Shown: positions 60,313 to 64,000 of the stretch, piece by piece
How positions within the stretch are numbered: position 1 is the stretch's first letter
Layout: the number at the start of each line of letters is the position of its first letter
Origin: an uncultured Spirochaetota bacterium
Lineage (GTDB): Bacteria; Spirochaetota; Spirochaetia; Treponematales; Treponemataceae
Assembly (NCBI GenBank): GCA_944389415.1
Contig: CALXMF010000005.1
Location: 19,798 to 83,797, forward strand
Length of the DNA: 64,000 nt
Direction: 5' to 3'
Program-made: the position numbers and the translations under genes
Notes under the pieces: model-generated
The model's input: the letters and a program-made list of their open reading frames with translations, nothing else
What the model was told of the DNA's origin: nothing
Databases searched by the model: none

Positions 60313-61395
60313 ATGACAACGAATACTGATCTCTGTACCTCTTTTATCTACACGCTCGCACAGGGCATCCCGCTTACCCGCGAACAGTATCGTATATTGA
60401 TTGAACAATCTCATACAAACCATCGAGTTTTGGCGGCAGAGCTCGCTCAAGATGTCAGAAATAAATGGTATGGAAAAAGAATCTATCTGAGAGGCTTAAT
60501 AGAATTTACAAACTATTGTAGGTGTAATTGCTTTTACTGTGGTATTCGCCGCAGTAATTCACATCTGCCTCGATATCGGCTTACAGAAGACCAAATTCTC
60601 AACTGCTGCGTTCATGGATATAGACTTGGTTTAAGAACCTTTGTATTGCAGGGCGGTGAAGATGTTTTTTTCACTGATGAACGACTCTGTCATATTATTA
60701 CAATTATACGAGATACATTTCCAGATTGTGCTGTTACACTCTCTCTGGGAGAGCGTAACACTGATTCATATCGAAAGCTGAAAGAAGCAGGTGCAGACCG
60801 ATATTTACTTCGCCATGAAACAGCAGATCCAATCCACTATGTAAAACTACATCCAATAGAACAAACCTATGCTCATAGAATGCACTGTCTGGAAGAACTA
60901 AAAAAACTAGGATACCAGACAGGAGCTGGAATGATGATTGGGAGCCCCGGACAGACATCTGATTCACTCGCGCAAGATTTAGAATTTCTTGGTACATTTA
61001 AACCTCATATGGTAGGGATCGGTCCTTTTCTGCCACACCATGCAACACCCTTTGCAACAGAACCACCGGGGAATATAGAACAGACGCTATTTATACTCTC
61101 ATTAGTCAGGCTACTTTTACCCGATTCATTATTACCGGCAACAACGGCTGTTGCTACAGCGAGCAAAAACGGCAGAATACGAGCTCTTGAAGCAGGTGCA
61201 AATGTCATCATGCCAAATCTAACACCCGAAATAGGAAAGAATTATGAATTATATAACGGTAAGTTACGAACAGGACTTGAAAATGTTGATAGTCTCTTGC
61301 AATTACGTACACAACTTGCACAGCATGGTTATACAACCCCTGTTTCACGCGGCGATCATATTTCAATGGATAAAACAATACATCAGGAGGAATAA
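60313..61395 (+). CDS. hydE: [FeFe]-hydrogenase maturase HydE (radical SAM)
   Basis: CRCNCFYCG CX3CX2C motif, biotin-synthase-like length (360 aa), positioned before hydG/hydF. Confidence 0.9.
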   Translation: MTTNTDLCTSFIYTLAQGIPLTREQYRILIEQSHTNHRVLAAELAQDVRNKWYGKRIYLRGLIEFTNYCRCNCFYCGIRRSNSHLPRYRLTEDQILNCCVHGYRLGLRTFVLQGGEDVFFTDERLCHIITIIRDTFPDCAVTLSLGERNTDSYRKLKEAGADRYLLRHETADPIHYVKLHPIEQTYAHRMHCLEELKKLGYQTGAGMMIGSPGQTSDSLAQDLEFLGTFKPHMVGIGPFLPHHATPFATEPPGNIEQTLFILSLVRLLLPDSLLPATTAVATASKNGRIRALEAGANVIMPNLTPEIGKNYELYNGKLRTGLENVDSLLQLRTQLAQHGYTTPVSRGDHISMDKTIHQEE

Positions 61396-62817
61396 ATGAG
61401 TTACAATTCAAAATCATTACGGGCCGAAGAATTCATTAATCATGAAGAAATACTGGAAACACTTCAATACGCTCACAAACACGCCGAAAACATAGAGCTT
61501 ATTGATGCGATCATAGAAAAAGCAAAACAGAGAAAAGGGCTTTCACATCGAGAAGCAGCCGTATTGTTAGATTGTACAATACCTGAAAAAATCAATGAAA
61601 TCTATACACTTGCAGAACAGATAAAAAAAGATTTTTATGGAAATCGAATTGTTATGTTTGCGCCTTTATATCTATCAAATTACTGCGTAAACGGATGCGT
61701 ATATTGCCCATATCATGCAAAAAATAAACATATTGCCCGTAAAAAGTTAACACAAGATGAAATACAACGGGAAGTCATCGCATTACAAGATATGGGACAC
61801 AAACGACTTGCTATTGAATCTGGTGAAGATCCGACTATGAATCCAATAGAATATATTCTTGAAAGTATTCGGACAATTTATTCCATAAAGCATAAAAATG
61901 GATCAATACGGCGTGTGAATGTTAATATCGCAGCAACAACTGTAGAAAACTATCGTAAATTAAAAGAGGCCGGGATTGGCACTTATATACTGTTCCAAGA
62001 AACATATCATAAGGAAAGTTATGAAAAACTGCATCCAACTGGCCCTAAGCATAATTATGCTTATCATACAGAGGCAATGGATCGTGCCATGGAAGGTGGT
62101 ATAGATGATGTAGGTTTGGGAGTACTTTTCGGATTGGAAACATACCGTTATGAACTTGTAGGACTCCTCATGCATGCAGAACATCTGGAAGCAGTGCATG
62201 GAGTTGGACCACATACCATTAGCGTGCCACGTATCCGCAGAGCTGATGATATTGACCCAGATGTGTTTGAAAACGGTATAGATGATAATACTTTTGCAAA
62301 AATCGTTGCTGTTATTCGTATTGCTGTTCCCTACACAGGGATGATCATTTCTACACGCGAATCTCAATCGTGCCGCGAACGAGTTCTACACCTCGGTATT
62401 TCTCAAATAAGCGGAGGTTCACGCACCAGTGTTGGTGGATATGCAGATAATAAACCAGAAGATCAAGATTCAGCACAGTTTGAAGTAAGTGATACCCGCA
62501 CACTCGATGAAGTAGTATGCTGGCTTATGAAACTTGGTTATATTCCCAGTTTTTGCACTGCCTGTTACCGAGAAGGACGCACAGGAGACAGGTTTATGAG
62601 TTTATGCAAAAGCGGACAGATACTAAATTGTTGTCATCCCAATGCGCTTATGACACTGAAAGAATATTTAGAAGATTATGCGTCAGAACAAACAAAAGCT
62701 ATTGGAGAAGCACTTATCACAAAAGAACTACAGAAAATTCCTCGGGATAAAACAAGAGAAATTGCCACGGACCGTATTAAACGCATTGCACAAGGCGAAC
62801 GAGATTTCCGTTTCTAA
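61396..62817 (+). CDS. hydG: [FeFe]-hydrogenase maturase HydG (radical SAM, ThiH-like)
   Basis: CVNGCVYCPY radical-SAM motif and a C-terminal cysteine cluster (FCTACYR...CK...C); 473 aa. Confidence 0.9.
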   Translation: MSYNSKSLRAEEFINHEEILETLQYAHKHAENIELIDAIIEKAKQRKGLSHREAAVLLDCTIPEKINEIYTLAEQIKKDFYGNRIVMFAPLYLSNYCVNGCVYCPYHAKNKHIARKKLTQDEIQREVIALQDMGHKRLAIESGEDPTMNPIEYILESIRTIYSIKHKNGSIRRVNVNIAATTVENYRKLKEAGIGTYILFQETYHKESYEKLHPTGPKHNYAYHTEAMDRAMEGGIDDVGLGVLFGLETYRYELVGLLMHAEHLEAVHGVGPHTISVPRIRRADDIDPDVFENGIDDNTFAKIVAVIRIAVPYTGMIISTRESQSCRERVLHLGISQISGGSRTSVGGYADNKPEDQDSAQFEVSDTRTLDEVVCWLMKLGYIPSFCTACYREGRTGDRFMSLCKSGQILNCCHPNALMTLKEYLEDYASEQTKAIGEALITKELQKIPRDKTREIATDRIKRIAQGERDFRF

Positions 62818-62853
62818 CCCAATTTTATACATAATTGATAACAGGAGTATTAT

Positions 62854-64000
62854 ATGAATGAGACACCAAGTAGCGAACGGCTGCAAATTGGTTTTTTTGG
62901 TTGCCGAAACGCTGGCAAATCAAGCCTCTTTAATGCAGTTGCATCACAACAACTTGCAGTCGTCTCAAATATCAAAGGAACCACCACAGATCCGGTAAAT
63001 AAAAGCATGGAAATTCCGCCCCTTGGTCCGGTAACATTGATAGATACTCCTGGACTTGATGATGATAGCGGCGAGCTTGGTACCAAACGAGTTTACCAGG
63101 CATATCGAATACTACGGCGATGTGATCTCGTGTTGCTTGTTTGCGATGCTTCTACTGGCATGAATCAACATGATATATCATTTTACAAACAGATACAGGC
63201 ACAAGGAATTCTCTGTCTTATTGTATACAATAAAACGGATCTCATCGATAAAAATAATAAAAATACAGATGCAGACGGCAGCGTAGACAATCCTATTATG
63301 GTAAGTGCACTACAGGAAAAGGGAATTGAACAACTGAAAAAGGAAATTATTCGCCATCTTGAATCCCAAATCCAAAAACTTCCCATTGTTTCAGACCTAC
63401 TTCCAGCAGGCGGAACAGCAGTACTTGTCGTACCAATAGATAAAGCTGCACCTAAAGGACGATTGATTCTGCCGCAGCAGCAGACAATTAGAGATCTACT
63501 TGATCACGGATGCATCTCTACTGTTGTACGTGATACAGAGCTGGCAGCCGTCCTTACTCATACTATTCCAAATATAGTAATAACCGATAGCCAGATATTC
63601 CAGACCGTTGCAAAAGTTGTACCAGAAGCAATTCCTCTTACGTCTTTTTCCATTCTGCTTGCCAGATATAAAGGAGTACTTCATAACCTTGTATCGGGAG
63701 CATATATATTAGACGATCTGCGTGACGGCGATCATATCCTTATTGCTGAAGGTTGTACCCATCATCGGCAATGTGAAGATATTGGGACAGTAAAACTGCC
63801 AACATGGATACAAGAGTACAGCAGCAAGCAGCTCTATTTTGATTTCTGTTCCGGAACAGAATTTCCTGAGATGCTTTCCCAATTTAGACTCATTATCCAC
63901 TGCGGAGGCTGTATGCTTAATGCAAAAGAAATGCAATACCGACAAAGAAGTGCAGCGGCAACAGGAATCCCAATGACTAATTATGGTACTGCAATTGCTC
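62854..64000 (+). CDS. hydF: [FeFe]-hydrogenase maturation GTPase HydF (3' end beyond the window)
   Basis: Open frame from the ATG at 62854 to the window end. P-loop GCRNAGKSSLFN, DTPG, NKTD, and cluster ligands EGCTHH...HCGGC. Not in the ORF track because it has no in-window stop. Confidence 0.9.
   Translation, partial: MNETPSSERLQIGFFGCRNAGKSSLFNAVASQQLAVVSNIKGTTTDPVNKSMEIPPLGPVTLIDTPGLDDDSGELGTKRVYQAYRILRRCDLVLLVCDASTGMNQHDISFYKQIQAQGILCLIVYNKTDLIDKNNKNTDADGSVDNPIMVSALQEKGIEQLKKEIIRHLESQIQKLPIVSDLLPAGGTAVLVVPIDKAAPKGRLILPQQQTIRDLLDHGCISTVVRDTELAAVLTHTIPNIVITDSQIFQTVAKVVPEAIPLTSFSILLARYKGVLHNLVSGAYILDDLRDGDHILIAEGCTHHRQCEDIGTVKLPTWIQEYSSKQLYFDFCSGTEFPEMLSQFRLIIHCGGCMLNAKEMQYRQRSAAATGIPMTNYGTAIA

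Noticed and set aside
61960-62367. 135-aa antisense ORF in hydG
   Set aside because: It lies within the radical-SAM HydG coding region and has no independent signals.

Overview
This 64-kb window looks like chromosome from a Treponema-type spirochaete. That assignment is an inference from gene content: relaxed-lipobox TPR lipoproteins, an enlarged SecF, a DUF3276/PUR-alpha-like protein and a fused PntC-AEP transaminase. I found no rRNA, CRISPR array, transposase or integrase.

Left part (1-26.8 kb), mostly housekeeping:
- a DUF4954-like beta-helix protein (partial), an AlkD-like protein and gltX;
- an oxidative-stress unit made of a reverse rubrerythrin with a PerR-box palindrome and a Fur/PerR-family gene;
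- a 950-aa ankyrin lipoprotein, a TrpR/YerC-like protein, TatD and tRNA-Leu(UAA);
- a decayed SulP transporter and YraN;
- the rpsP-KH-rimM-trmD-rplS operon and yajC-secD-secF;
- a rubredoxin gene missing from the ORF track;
- envelope genes (TPR lipoproteins, MltD-like LysM transglycosylase, OmpA-domain protein), def and a RelB/RelE pair.

Middle part (27.0-53.7 kb): one co-directional, AT-rich, compositionally mosaic surface-glycan locus of about 22 genes. It encodes:
- a fused ABC exporter and a Wzi-like outer-membrane protein;
- about 11 glycosyltransferases, LicD and Ugd;
- a full 2-aminoethylphosphonate synthesis and CMP-activation module (TagD-like-Ppm fusion, Ppd, PntC-AEP transaminase fusion);
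- an unusual YidC-like/LtaS-like fusion protein and a TagF-like glycerophosphotransferase;
- a partial GDP-heptose module (HddA, HddC-GmhB fusion).
This phosphonate/teichoic-like decoration machinery, with its unusual fusions, is my best candidate for an uncharacterised system.

Right part (53.7-64 kb):
- a PUR-alpha-like protein;
- a tightly coupled minus-strand operon (PRTase, three exported hypothetical proteins, rnhB);
- the [FeFe]-hydrogenase maturation operon (apparently frameshifted TM1266-type regulator, hydE, hydG, partial hydF).

A roughly 90-130-bp AT-rich element with 22-bp phasing occurs twice in inverted orientation, at about 3.9 kb and 26.0 kb, each time upstream of a predicted promoter.
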